Source: Eledone cirrhosa
Lineage: Eukaryota
Direction of reading: 5' to 3'
NCBI GenBank assembly: GCA_964016885.1
Contig: OZ024741.1
Span: 284,456,001 to 284,520,000, forward strand
DNA: 64,000 bases
Shown in pieces: positions 40,678 through 54,625 of this stretch. Under the pieces are notes generated by a model. The model was not told where the DNA came from. It searched no databases and saw only the letters and a program-made list of their open reading frames with translations. The position numbers and the translations under genes are program-made. Each line of letters begins with the position of its first letter. The stretch's first letter is position 1.

Positions 40678-40862
40678 CACTTCATTTCACGTTGCTCCAG
40701 TATACTCAGCTGGAAATGAGTAGCAGCAATAGCTGGAGGTTTAATCCTGCGATGGACTGGTGTCCTGTCCAGGGAGGAGTCATGTACTCTCAGTCGCTTC
40801 ACGCCATGAAACCGGGATAAGCACCGGCCAAATGAGCCTTCTGGCTTAAGTCAGACTTTAGA

Positions 40863-41002
<140 letters not shown>

Positions 41003-42434
41003 TAGATACGGACTGCCGTTGTTTCCGCCGCAGACGAGTGTCTCAGTTGATTCGATGAACGAAACAGCCTGCTCGTGAAATTAATGGGCAGGTGACTGAG
41101 TATTCCCCAGCTACGTGTAACATTAACATAGAGATTCAGCGTGGCAGTGTGTGACGTGGCTTGTTCCTTGAATTACAGGTACAGCTCATTTTTGCCAGCT
41201 TGGTGGACAGGAGCAAAGTGAAACATACCGTCTTGCTCAAGGACACAACTCACTGCCTGGAATCACGATTTTACGATCTTGACCCAAGCATCATAACCAC
41301 TATGCCCCACACCTTCACTAGATCTTGTATAATAATCGGCAATGGTATGTTAAAGCCATGATCCGTAATCGCATTTTCTGACCAGTGTCTCAGTTTCGGA
41401 ACATTTATAGCCCATTATTGTATATTGTATTTTATTTGTATTTTCTAACATCGTAGCGAACGGTTTACTGCTTAGGGTATTATGGTTTTACGTTCGAATG
41501 TTCGTCGTGTCGATTCCCTGCTCGGATGGTACTTTCTGTTCTTCCAGAAAACACTTCATTTTTCGTTTCTTCATTCCACTCTATTGAAGATGTGTAGCAG
41601 CAGCAGTAGCAGCGGCAGCAGCAGGAGATTAACTTTTCAAATGACTGACCTCCTGCTGCATCCCCCATCCTGCCCAGACATTGATCAAATTGAGTCTAAG
41701 ACAGAAAACATTTAACCAAAGTGTTGCGTTGCATAGGGAGATCACCGCCGGTACAAATTGGGCCCGAAGCGAACATTATTTATGTACACATCCATTATTT
41801 ATGCAACCACCATGCGTACGCCTATTCATTTTGGTATTTCCAAGGCCAGGAAGAAGATTATATGTAGAATAGAGAAGGTTACTAATATCAGCCTTCTCTT
41901 CACATTCGTTCGATGTAGTACGAGAAAAAAACTTTACCTTCTATTAGTCTATAGATGACAGGAGATAAAGTGAATTGACTCAGAAGAGAATTTAATAAAA
42001 TGTAAGTCAATACAATGAAGATCGGCCGTATAGAGACTCTTACAGTTAAATTGGTTAGTGTTTGAAATACTATGCTCTGCTTATCCGGATGGAAGCAATC
42101 TTCTGAAAACACCTCAGTGAATGAATATAAAAAACCGGTTCGTAACAGCAGAAAATAAAACGAGACTAACTACTCAACATTACTACAGCCACAATCGGAA
42201 ACCATGTAATAACTATATAAGCACACGCTGTTTAGAATCTTACACACGTAACAATCTTAAATGCACCCCACATATGCATACGCATACACACACATCATTC
42301 ATACACAAATAAATAGAAATACGTCAAACATAAATTCATTTAGAAATGTATAAGAAACATAAAAACATGCACATGACTACAAACAAAACATTCACGACAG
42401 AAAGTGTACTCATATGTAGAAACAGAAGAAACTG

Positions 42435-42470
<36 letters not shown>

Positions 42471-42584
42471 ACACATTGTGTGTGTTGGTGTGTAAGTTTT
42501 AGTTACTATTTATTCACCAGTTTGAGCACTCAATGCTAATATGTATTCAGCTGCCGACGTGGTGGTATTCTACGTTCACAGTAG

Positions 42585-43555
42585 TCGGTATCCTTAAGAA
42601 GCAGAGTGTTTGGCAGGCGGACCCGGCTGTCAGTGGAGAATCCACCTCGTCATTCTATAGAGGGCTGGTGGTTAGCAGGTGCGACGACGCCCTCGGAGAA
42701 GCCCTAGGCATGGAGGAAGACGAACTGGACAACCTGTTCGGTAGGACATTCAGCCCGGGACCCATGGATAACTTCCAGAGGTCCCTGGCCTGGCAGTGCT
42801 ACCGAGGGGCTCTGCCCGTTCGAGAAAGGCTCTACAGACACGGGCGCCCGGGTAGGGACCCCTCGAAAAAGATCTGTCCCAGATGCGTGTGCGACGAGGA
42901 AACCGTTGCACACGCATTGGTACACTGCTTGGGCATTGCCGATCTGTGGGGCTATGTCGAACAACTGCTGTCAAGGGTGGGACCGATCCGGTTGACCACC
43001 GAGTCTATTGTAACGATCAAGCCGCCTCCCCTCTTCAAAAACGAAGGAGAGGCGGTGTTTCTGTGCGTAATAGCCATGGCGAAAGAGGTTGTATGGTGGA
43101 CGCGTCTGAAAGGACTGAGGTCAGACACCTTTCTCTCTGGCCAACAACTGGTCCGTTTCTTCCGATATCATTTCGGAAAAAGGATCAAGATGGAGAGAGA
43201 GGTGCTGCACCCCAGCTGTTTTTATGAAAGATGGGTGAAAGTGGCGAGAATGGCCCGTGTGAATGGGCCTTCACTCTACATCAGACTATAGGTGAGGAAG
43301 ATGAAAGATCAATTGAGCACCCCTCTCTGTGCTCCTGAGGAGAAGGGTTGCACACTTTTTTTCGGGACTGTGTGCGACCCCCCAAGGGACCTCCTCCCTA
43401 TTGAGGATTTTGTTATAAAATTTATTTTGTTATATTTTATTTTATTTTTATACTTTGTTATTGCCTCCTCCTTATTGAGGACGCCTTTTCATGTAAACTC
43501 CCCCCATTGTACTTGTCCCACCTTTTGATGCCCTGGTGGCAAATAAAAAGAAAGT
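42585..43555 (+). mobile_element. Tx1/L1-type LINE 3' end (zf-RVT region, 3' UTR, A-rich tail)
   Basis: ORF with LAWQCYRGALPVRERL...CPRCVCDEETVAHALVHC; ends aataaaaagaaag near 43542-43554. Confidence 0.8.
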
Positions 43556-43622
43556 TAATAACATTAATAACAATGAGTAGGAACGAAGTATCAGTATAGC
43601 ACCATTATGTTTATTCATACGT

Positions 43623-43701
43623 GACCCACGTTTCGCTACCGATCAGCTCAAGGTGAGAATGGTAGTGATCGCGCCCGACTCTGGAATCGATAGCTCATCA
43701 G
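43623..43701 (-). ncRNA. Hammerhead core with a long stem II insert; stem I not evident
   Basis: Minus strand reads CTGATGA gctatcgat [~40 nt] atcggtagc GAAA c gtgg g TC: 9-bp stem II, 2-bp stem III, GUC site; the flanks do not form stem I. Confidence 0.55.
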
Positions 43702-43721
43702 ATTCGAGAAACCCCCCCCCC

Positions 43722-43772
<51 letters not shown>

Positions 43773-44039
43773 CTATGTCTTCGAATGCAGGAGTCGATGT
43801 CTCATCAGGTTGTGAAGTAACTTTGTAGGTTTTTGGCACCTTCCACCATGACACCAAAGCTACTCGGGATCTGTACAACACCATAATCTTTGGTGAGTCT
43901 GATGTTGTGATTCCGTCCACATTAACACATCAGAATAGTATGAAATTCGATGAGTGTGGTTTTATGGCTCACTATCTTTTGCTGGGACATTGACCGTTCC
44001 TCTGTGGTGTGCTTCCTGGGTATTACCAATGCTTACCAA

Positions 44040-44330
44040 CTGGTTTACATTGCGAGTCCTAGGTTTCTAAAGGTGGTTATTAGATTCTTTCTAAATCTGT
44101 CGAGGTCATGGCCATTTTTATGGTTCGATAGGACCAGACTATCGTCACGGTATAGGCCCGTATTGAAATCAGGGAATTACTTACGTAGTGTGTCTAAGAT
44201 ACATTGGCCCACTAAATCGCATACATCAGCACTGTCGAAGGATCCCATCGGTACACCGAATAGGTAATTGGTCATGGACTTTGTTTTACCAAAGGAGCCA
44301 ATTTATTAAAGAGGAGGGTGTTTTTATAGT
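44040..44330 (-). mobile_element. Penelope-like reverse transcriptase remnant (Naiad-like)
   Basis: Manual minus-strand translation from 44260: FGVPMGSFDSADVCDLVGQCILDTLRK*FPDFNTGLYRDDSLVLSNHKNGHDLDRFRKNLITTFRNLGL; YRDD at 44141-44152; internal stop. Confidence 0.8.
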
Positions 44331-45788
44331 AGGATATTACTAAACAATTTAACTCATATATATTAACGAAATTATTGTAGTACAAACTTGGTTTAAAAAT
44401 CCAGTCCGTGGGCAGCGTTATGTGTAATCAGTTACAACAGTGGCATATGCAGATACTTAAGTTGCATTGGGTTTAACGCCAGCTAATTCAGTCTGTCATA
44501 TTAGGATGGAGTTACTTCCGAGCAGATTCTTGATCGTATAGGAAAGTTCTAAAGCTAAGGGGAGGGAACACTAAAAAATAACACTTACCTATATGCAGGA
44601 GAAATAATTCTAATAAGAACAAAGGTGTGGGGTAACTTGTGCACAGAGAGATATAGTACATAACAAGGGTTAAATAGAATTTTAGTCTGGTTTAGACCAT
44701 CTCTCTAGGAAGAACTTAGATTCGTGTGGACATCGACTGAAGAAATCCAGCCATATATTTAGGCACACACAGTCAAAACAAATCATATTTGACCATTTCC
44801 GTCACGATATCATACCATCTGCTAAATGATATGGTAAATTCCAATAAAAAATGTATTAAGAAAAGTTTAACTGTTTTTATTTGTTAAAATGTTCTCAGTT
44901 TTATTATAGCTTTTAGCATTTATTCCCATTTTTAGAACATCACAAAAAAAAAAAAAAATTCTTAGACCACCTTGAACATTTGGGAAAATTATCACGTTTG
45001 TAATTTTTCTATTTAGTTGGTAAAGTCTTTTTCTCTGTCATTTTGACAAAGTGAGAGAACGAATTTAACTTTACATTAGTATGTTATCCAGACCTCTAAT
45101 TTTTTTCTCCTTTTGTTTTCGATTCCATTAGTTTGCAATACTTGTTTCAGGTATAAGAGAGATAAGCCACATTTGTCAAATTCTTTAAGAAAAAAAGTTC
45201 TTTATAATCCCCTTTAATTATTTCCTAAATCTATGTCTTCTTTAAATGGAGCCTCCAATATATGCTTGTCTTGCTAATATTGATTTATGATTTTTGCAAA
45301 AAGCTAGTTTGAGGGACAAATTGGCAAAGTCATTAGAACGTCGGATAGAAAACTTTGCAGTATTTGTTCCGGGTCTCTAAGCACGGAATTCAAATCACAC
45401 CGAGGTCAGCTTTGCCTTTCATTCTTTCCAAGTCGATAAACGATGTACCAGTCCAGTACTGAGATCGATTCTATTCCCCCACCCACTATCTCTTTTTCTG
45501 GAGACTCACAAGCCGTCCATCTATCAAACGTTATTTGTTCGACCTTCTATTGATTCTGCCAATCCTAAAATATATTCAATCCAGGTAGCGAGTATATTGA
45601 GTTGATTCGCTACTACAAATTTGTGTCTTTGTGTTGATGTAAGAAATCTTTATTTGTTTCGATTAGTTATTATTTCCTTTACTGTTTCCATCATTAATTG
45701 TTTGCATAGAGAGCTGGATCCATACAACATCAGAACAAACAATTATTGTCAAGTTACCGAATTATGTAGTCATTCATTATTGTTTACA

Positions 45789-45965
45789 CAGTATCGGTAG
45801 AGGGTCGGACGCCACGCTTTCCAGCATAGTTACGTCCCTTTACGATCTGAGTTCAAATCCCGCCGAGGTTGACTTTGCCTTTCATCCTTACGGGGTCGAT
45901 AAAATAAAGTACCAGTAATGCACTGGTTAATTGCTGGCTATGTGCCTAAAGTAGAAACAATTATT
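45789..45965 (+). mobile_element. S1 SINE, 5'-truncated, with probable TSD
   Basis: Flanked by attattgtttacac on both sides. Other S1 copies at ~4735-4872, 6600-6800(-), 26075-26165(-), 45310-45480, 47430-47655 and 47880-48100. Confidence 0.85.
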
Positions 45966-45974
45966 GTTTACACG

Positions 45975-46320
45975 TGAAGGCGCATGGCTTAGTGGTTAGA
46001 GCGTCGTGCTTACAATCACGAGGTTGTGAGTTCGATTCTCGGACCGGGCTTAATGTTGTGTTCTTGAGCAAGTCACTTTATTTCACTGTGTTCCAGTTTA
46101 CTCAGCTGTAGAAATGAGTTGCGACGTCACTGGTGCCAATATGTATTGGCCATTACCTTTCCCTTGGACAACATCAGTGGCGTGGATAGGGAAGACTGGT
46201 ATGCACGGGCGACTGTTGGTCTACCACAAACAATCTTGCTCGGACTTGTGCCTCGGAGGATAACTTTCTAGGTACAAATCCCATGGTCATTCGTGACCGA
46301 AGGGGGTCTTTACCCATTAT
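45975..46320 (+). mobile_element. tRNA-derived CORE-type SINE (family S2)
   Basis: ggcgcatggcttagtggttaga (A box), gagttcgattctc (B box), tgtgttcttgagcaagtcactt (CORE-like). Relatives at ~10033-10340, 31590-31850, 46340-46720 and 47085-47330. Confidence 0.75.
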
Positions 46321-49300
46321 AGTCAGTAGTGAAAGTGATCAGGTAAGTGGTAAGGGTGTTGAGGTCATGAATCTGAATCATAAGTTCGGGAGTTTGATTC
46401 TCGGATTTAGTGGATCATTGTGTCCTTGGGCAAGACATTTCTTTTCAATTTGCTTCAGCTAACTCAGCTGCAACTGGGCAGTTAACGCTGTGACTGACTG
46501 GCTTCCCGTCCAAGGGTGATTCGTTCACTTGTGACAACATTGGTGTTAAGCTGTATAATTCTTTGCTTTTCCATTGGACAACATTGGTAGCGAGTGGAGA
46601 GGAAAATGGCATGCAATAGCGACTGCTTGTCTTAAAAAAAAACACCTTACCAGGCTTGCACCAGGTACAAAGCCATGGACAGTTATGACCGAAGGGGATT
46701 TATTACTGACAGTCGAATGTGTCATGTTTCAAACCCAACTAACCGAGAATGCTTAAAACCACCAGTATTTTTTCAGCGAATTTTTCTCTAATATATATAT
46801 TTCCAAAGCGGATTTCGTTAAAAGGAGCCAGGTGTCACATAGTAGTGTTAACCTGGGTGGTATCTTAAGTAAGTCTACCAACCCTAATAACATGGATCGT
46901 CCGTCCGATGTGCTTTCATAGCAAATTTCCCTCACACGTTTTCGATCTACCTAACGCTATACAATCCAGATACAGAGTATATTCAAATGAATATACTATG
47001 TACTCGGATTGTATTTATATTAGGCTTGAAATAACCAATAAAGATTCGGACAAATAACATTAGGTAGATCGAAAACTTGAATGATTAAGAAGGTTAGTTC
47101 GTAATCAAGTGTTCCAGAGTTCTATTCCACTTATATAACATCTTTGGTAAGTGTCTTTATTCACCCCTCTGGTTGCTCCAAGTTTTGTGAATGAAATTGC
47201 TTTGATGGTAACTGTATGGAAGACAGTCAGATGTAATGTAACTGTAATTCAAAGGTTCAACCTTGTCACATTGTGTCACGCTTATTTGGTTTGAGAATTA
47301 CATTAAGGGTACAATAGTTTATGGAAACCGGCTGAGGATCCACCATATTTAATATGTGCCGTGCCTTATTTATATTTCCTTCAGTGTGTGTTTTTTCAGT
47401 AATGATTTCTAATATTTATTGTTTACACAGAGCGGTTGGTTGTCAAAATCACTAACACGTCGGACAAAATGCTTTAAGATATTTAGTTACAACTTTAGCC
47501 TTTCTGTGTTCAAATTCAACTGAAGTCAAGTTTGCCTTTTATCCTCTCAGGGTGGATAAAATAAAGTACCAGCTATGTACCGAGGTGCGTATAATTGACT
47601 TTCCCCTCGCTCACAAATTGAATGCCTCGTGCCGATGCTAGAAATAATTTATTGTTTACACGTGGAGTTGATATTATAGAACAACAGAACTAATACTATA
47701 GTTATTCTCTTTAAGTTTTAAGTTAAATCCCAGAGTGAATTTGCTTGTCGTATTTCATAAAAAAATTCATTCAGTCTAACATTTGAATTTTTATTGCGGT
47801 TAGTTTACTTAACCAACCCATCTTCTACTAAAATGTGAATTTTATTTTTGTTTTAGTCATTATTTATGCATGTCGTGGGGCGGTGGAATGGCAGTATTGG
47901 TAGAGTCGGATACCATGCTTTGTAGCGCAGCATGGAGTTACGGTCTTTACGGTCTGAGTTCAAATCCCGCCGAGGTTAACTTTGCCTTTCATCCTTACGG
48001 GGTCGATAAAATAAAGCACCAGGAACGTACTGGGGCCGATTTAATCGACTTTCCCCTCCCCACAAATTACTGGCCTTGTGCCTATACTAGAAATCATTAT
48101 TTATGCATACCGTAAGAAATGTTTTGTTGTGAGGGTTGATAGTTTCCCAGTTGTGCATGATATTATTTTAGACACCTGTATCTATGGGTACATGTTTTTA
48201 GCGAACGCTCAGCCACTTGCACTATATTACAAAATTGACGGTACCTGGAATTCAAAGGTCCAGCCTAGTCACACACCGTGTCTTGTTAAAGCTCCATACG
48301 AATTACGCTAAGAGTACATGTATCTGAGAAAGGCTCAGTTACTTGCTTGTTAATTTTACGAGCAGGTTCATTCGTTGTTCAAGTAACTGGAACACTCATC
48401 GTCGAAGCCGACGGAGGTCTACTCCAATTCCATCTGCTCATATAATGTTTAGTGAATAAAGCTCAGATAATCAATAACAGTTAAATTACCTTTAGTTTTC
48501 TGAACTCTATTCCCCAGTTCCAGAATATTTTTCTTAAAGTATTTTGATTTTAGTGAATATTATCTAAATATTATATTGAACTAAATACAGATGAGTGCAG
48601 GTGAGAACTTAATTAAATATTCAACTAAATCAGCTAGGTATATATGAGCTGATTTGTTGAGTTATTTCTATAAGTTTTTCCTCATTTCAATTTGTCCGTG
48701 AGAAGATATAATCAATAGTCTTCTAAGATGCCTGTTTCTTTAAACTTTTAAACACATTAACTTTTAATAAAGTAATATTCTCTTGTCTGATTCGTTCCAA
48801 AGTTTTTCTTCAGGATGTGTTTAACATATATTACAAATATATATATTTAAGTAGTTGAAAAGCATGAGATCTGTAAATTTCCAGACAAAATGTCGTGCAA
48901 TATGTTAGATGAGAGATCAAATGCTACTAAGGCTGAAGGTGGGGAATTGGTAGACTCGTTAGAACGGCAAATAGAATGCTTTGTGGTATTCGTTCCGGCT
49001 CTTTGCGCTCTCTGAATTCAAACCCCATCGAGGTCAGCTTTGCTTTTTATCCTTTCGAGGTCAATAAAAAAGTACCAATTCAGTACTGAGGCGGATTCTT
49101 CCTCTATATTTCTTACTTAATTCCTTTCTGTCACTCGTTCTTTCCCCTGGAATAAAACCGACTGTGTTCAGACATAGAGAAGTGATGATTTCCGTCAGAT
49201 TTTAAATACCCCAAACACACCGCATATCACGATGGTGCACTTACGACTCAATCAGGAGTTATGGGCCTTGACATATGTATCTATGGCTACATCATTGAAT

Positions 49301-49965
49301 GTTTCATTTCAGTTTTTAAGATAGTAGAGTGTGACTTGAGGTCAATTTGGTTGCTCTTTCTATCAAATCAAACGTTCACACAGAAGCTTCATTGCTGGAA
49401 GTATTTTTCCCCAAGGAACAAAAGAGAAATTTTTGAGTTTATATTTATGTGATAAAAATTAGCCATCTAAGTGAAATTGGAATTGATTTATTAGACGTAG
49501 GTGTGATGGTGGAGTTAAGGAAATCACATTGCAATTAAATGGTTTCGTGCAGACTGCTTAGACTGTTACTGAGTGGCACCTTAGGCAAATGTCGTCTATT
49601 ATAGCCTTCTGCTGACCAATGTTTGTGAGTGAAATTTAGTAAATGGAAACTACGGATGCCAATCGTGTGTGCGTGAATATATATATATATATATTATATA
49701 TATATACATATATATATATTATATTTATATATACATATATCTATACACACACACATACACACATATATATACATACATACATATATATATATACATATAT
49801 ACATATATATATATATGCATATGTGTATGTATATATACTTATATATATATATGTATTAAATATATATATATATATACATATATACATACACACACGCACA
49901 TACACACACACATATATATACTTACATATGCATATAAATATATATATTTTATACATACATCCCCC

Positions 49966-50015
<50 letters not shown>

Positions 50016-50039
50016 GGGGGATGTATGTATAAAATATAT

Positions 50040-50138
50040 GTAGTTATTTTAGCGACTTTTTTTTTTTGTCGAAACGCTAGGTTACGTGACTTAAACAAAT
50101 GCACACGCACACAAACACACATGTAAATATTACATGCC

Positions 50139-50184
<46 letters not shown>

Positions 50185-50283
50185 GGCATGTAATATTTAC
50201 ATGTGTGTTTGTGTGCGTGTGCATTTGTTTAAGTCACGTAACCTAGCGTTTCGACAAAAAAAAAAAGTCGCTAAAATAACTAC
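50040..50283. repeat. Palindrome centred on (TA)n with ~100-bp arms
   Basis: gtagttattttagcgac...tgcctaca (TA)n tgtaggca...gtcgctaaaataactac. Confidence 0.95.
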
Positions 50284-51114
50284 CATCTTTACCAAAATAA
50301 ATATATGATCGACTAAATCTCTTTAAGGTACTACTCAAGCATGGTGACTGTTTAATGACTGGAACCATTAAAAGAGTAAAAGTATAAAAGACGACATTGA
50401 ACGCACGTCGCTGTCTAGACATAACACTAATATATGATTTGCTTTTCGGAGTTCGTCACAAATTGATATTCAATATATTGATTCTCTTACATTGACAAAA
50501 GTTCACATATTTTAGAGGTTGGTTCTAACCAATAGAATTAACTAGCACCGCTTTCATGAATTTCAAGGGTGAGCTAGGAGGTGAAAGTCAAATTATTTCT
50601 TTGTAGGATTTGAATGTAGGGGGCGTAACTCTGTACAGGAAAACATTTCAATCTATCTTCTCAACTACACAAGAACACTTTTTACATATATACAAAAGCT
50701 TAATCCTTTTGTAGATTCACGAGCAGTTGCCTATGCTACAGATGTTGTCCAAAGGAACGGCTAAGCTTGGCACCAGAGACATCGCAACTCAATTTAAAAA
50801 GCTGTGTCCTTCAGCAAAACACATTATTTCACGTTGTTCCAATCAACTCAGTTTAAAAAGCTGAGTTGATTGGAACAACGTGAAATAATGTGTTTTGCTG
50901 AAGGACACATGTCCCCCCCCCCCCCCCCGCCCTCCAACACACTAACAAAGCCACGTACCTTTACCTTTACTGCAACTAACACATCAAATCTACATTATAA
51001 ACATACACATACATCAAACATACACACAACCTCCATGCTCACAAATAACTACCCAATCACACAGTCATAAGATTCAATAATGTACACACACACACTCACA
51101 CACAGACACACACA

Positions 51115-51148
<34 letters not shown>

Positions 51149-52252
51149 CACAACTCATGTCTAGGTCCAATATAAACAACGTACACACTGTAATAATATG
51201 TTATCTCACGGAAAGAAAATCACCTTCAAACATCACAATGTATACCTTAAAACAATAAGACAAACACGCATTTACACACAGCACCAGTAAAAAAAAACAC
51301 CACTACATATGTACGCACACACACGTACAATCGCACACACACTGGCTCACAGTCGTCTCTTGTCACTTTTCTCTAAAAGGAAACCTGGTTTCCTCTTACC
51401 TATACTTCAGCTCAATTTTAGTATGTTACGAACTTTGTATGAAATTCCACATCATGTTCTTTTCCCTATATTTTCCTTTATATCTTTCTCTTTTCCTGTT
51501 AGTCCCGAAAAGAGCTGAAGCACAAAACACCAAAGAACTTACAATTGCTATTTCCCTAGAATCAAGCTTGTAACTACAGTTGTTTGCTTAGTCTTTTGTA
51601 TTATTGTTCTTTATATGTCAGTTTGCACACACACACACACTCTCACACACACACGCACACACACACACTCACACACACGCACACACACACGCACACACAC
51701 ATACACACACGCACACACGCACGCACATACACACACACACACACACAGATATATGTATGTATGTGTGTTTGTGTGTCTGTATGTGTATCTTTATTAGGCG
51801 GCGAACTGTCAGAGTGGTTAGAACGTCGAATAGAATACTTTTGTGGTAATCGTTCCGTCTCTCTGCGCTTTGACTTTAAACCCCGCCACGGCCAACTTTA
51901 CCTTTCGAGGTCAGTAAAAAGTAACAGTAAAATACTGGTGTCGATTCCTCCTATATATATATCTTTCTCGCTTCATCTCTATCACTCTCACTCCTTCTTT
52001 GGAAGAAATCGGCTGCGTTTAGACATGGAGAGTTGATGGACACTGATAGGTTAAAAGAAATGCCTAAGAAACACCGCATGTCACTATGGCGCCCCTACGA
52101 ATCCGTCAGGATTTACGAGTCTATGCATATATACATGTATATCTACACATACACGAACACACACATATACACAAACACACATATAGACATACATACACAT
52201 ACACATATATATATGTGTGTGTATGTATGTACACACACACACATACACACAT

Positions 52253-52328
<76 letters not shown>

Positions 52329-52789
52329 AAACAATTTAATAATTTATGTTTTTGATTAAGAAACAAGGGGAGATACGAGCAAATTAAGCTTAAAGTAGAG
52401 ATATTTACACTCACATCAATTTCCCTTACTGCAGTTTCAAGACACAATAACAATATTAATTATTTTAATCAACGAAGACCATCAATATCGCGAGACACGT
52501 TTAGAGGAGTCTTCAATTATAATATGCAAGCAAAAATACTTACCAGCCAACAAACACATGCATTGTCTTAATAAAGCACGTATGCGCTATGAGATGGCTT
52601 GGATGAACTCGGAAATAAGTGGATTGGTGACAGTGCACTATGTATGTAAGTTGAGTTTAATTGAAGTAGGTGGAAAAGTTCAAATATATTGGTGACGTTT
52701 TCACAAGTAATGGAAGCATGAGTTTGAATTAAATGGAAGAATTGCTGAAGTTGGTGCAATAATGCAGCAGCTTCAGCATTCGGTTTTCT

Positions 52790-53200
52790 AAATAAGAGAC
52801 GCTGGTGTAAAAGCTAAATTCGCCATCTTCAAATCGGCGTTCGTGCCTATCCTTATCATGAATCTTGGATAATGACCAAAATAATACAATAAAAAAAATA
52901 ATCACGTATACAAGCCGCCGAAATGAGGTCCCTCCAAATGGCCTTCAGAGTAACGTTACTCGATAGGGCTTCAGGTAGAGCTGCTCCTTCACCGCATCGA
53001 ATAACTAGAGGTCCGGTACTACGGAATTGTGGTTAGAATGTCTAAGAAATGAATCACTAGACATATTTCTTACCGGTGAAGCCAACTGGTGAGAGACCCA
53101 GAAATAAAACACGAGCAAGATGGTTGGATAACATCTACAAAGAAGCTCGGTTGGTCTCGTTCAGTGAGACAGCCGGATCATCTGAAGACGTTTGCTTCTG
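52790..53200 (+). mobile_element. Degenerate RTE-like LINE 3' remnant
   Basis: AKFAIFKSAFVPIL...ESWIMT...IQAAEMR-like peptides with frameshifts. Confidence 0.55.
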
Positions 53201-53844
53201 ACACACACACATACAAACACATACATACATACATACATGATGGCTTCCCCCTCATTATCGAGTATGGCCATTGCACGATATACCATTATTAATAATTATT
53301 AATTAATTCTATCGTGCAATGCCTGTGCGTGAAGATATTTTTTAAAGTGAGGAAAGACTGTGCACTGAGCCAATCCCACTCTCTGAGTGACAGTAGCTAT
53401 AACCCGAAAAGAAGAAAAGATCAGCATCATCGGTAACTACTGAGCCGCAGGTTTTATATCGGAGTTATCCCAGTTTGCTGAGTTGCCTTCTCCTAGAAGA
53501 ATACCCTGACAAAGGTTAGGGGTCCTTCACTCCCAGTGGTTTAACCGCGCGGTACATGTCTATATACATATTTACACAGTTTTGGTTGGCCGTTGCCTAT
53601 TATGAGTTCTTTCGCCCTTTGTCAGGTTTTGTTTTTTGTCCTGCAGGGTGTCCAAAATCACCCTCCTCACCAAGTAAACTTAGTGGGGTTGTCGGTTTAG
53701 TCGCCGACGACCCGACCATGCGACAGGTTGTGCTGGGTTACATGTTACCAATACCACTCAAGAGTGACCCGACATACATACATACACACATACATACATA
53801 CAAAAATGCATACGTACGAACGAACATGTTGATTGCTACTTCTT

Positions 53845-54625
53845 GTCAGAAGACTACCATCCCTTCATTGAACATTGCACGGTCATGTGCACGCAGCTGA
53901 CTTTTCAGACCCGCTTTTGTTTTGCAGGCATGTTCACAGATGTGACACTTGAACTGTCTGTCTCCTGCCAATACCGACTGGGGTGTGTTTTCATGCATTT
54001 TACTATGTCTGGTCAGACCACCCGCTGACTTGCAAATTAAGCAACACTCACTGCAAATATGGCCTTGGGTGTGTGGCAGTAGAACCGTCTCACAGTTGGA
54101 CCAATTTGTCCCTGGCTCGTGTGATTTAAGAAACCAGCTCATGTTAGAAGAAATCGGCCACATACATTGTACCTCAAATCTTGTTGAATCTTTACAAGCA
54201 TTGAACTTGAGTCCCGCTTACGAAGTGAACGCTTCAAAACAGCATGTTCCACTCGCTTTTTCTCAAAAACATCTCATCCATATTTGATGATCTTTCTCCA
54301 TGATGTACGGCCTTGAGCTAGTCTCTCCCAGTTCTTCATATCAATCTTCAGAGCTTTAAGATAGTCTTTTAAGACATCCTTAAACCGCTTCTTTGGTTTA
54401 TGCTGTGGCCTTTTTCTTCTGGTCCACTCCCCATAAAAACAACTGTTTAGGCAGCCTTCCATCTTTATCCTGACCACATGACCAGCCCAGCGCATCTGGT
54501 TCATAATAATCCCCCTCTCAATACTAGTGCTACCCGCTTTCTCAAGTGCCGCAGCATGAGGTATGTAAGAGGACCACTTGATGCTCAGGATGCGTCGTAT
54601 ACAATGCTGATGAAATCTTTCATAT
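53845..54625 (-). mobile_element. RTE-type LINE 3' remnant with C-terminal C2H2 fingers
   Basis: QMRWAGHVVR...YGE...RKRPQHKPKKRFKD.LK, followed by CSECCLICKSAGGLTRHSKMH and CHICEHACKTKAGLKSQLRAH. Confidence 0.75.

Noticed and set aside
45975-46050. tRNA gene
   Set aside because: A and B boxes run into a CORE-like SINE body, with no clear acceptor stem or terminator.
52540-52760. Possible upstream GPCR exon (VTNIF peptide, gtaagt donor-like site)
   Set aside because: No hydrophobic TM2 or LAxxD motif, and the frame closes before the donor.
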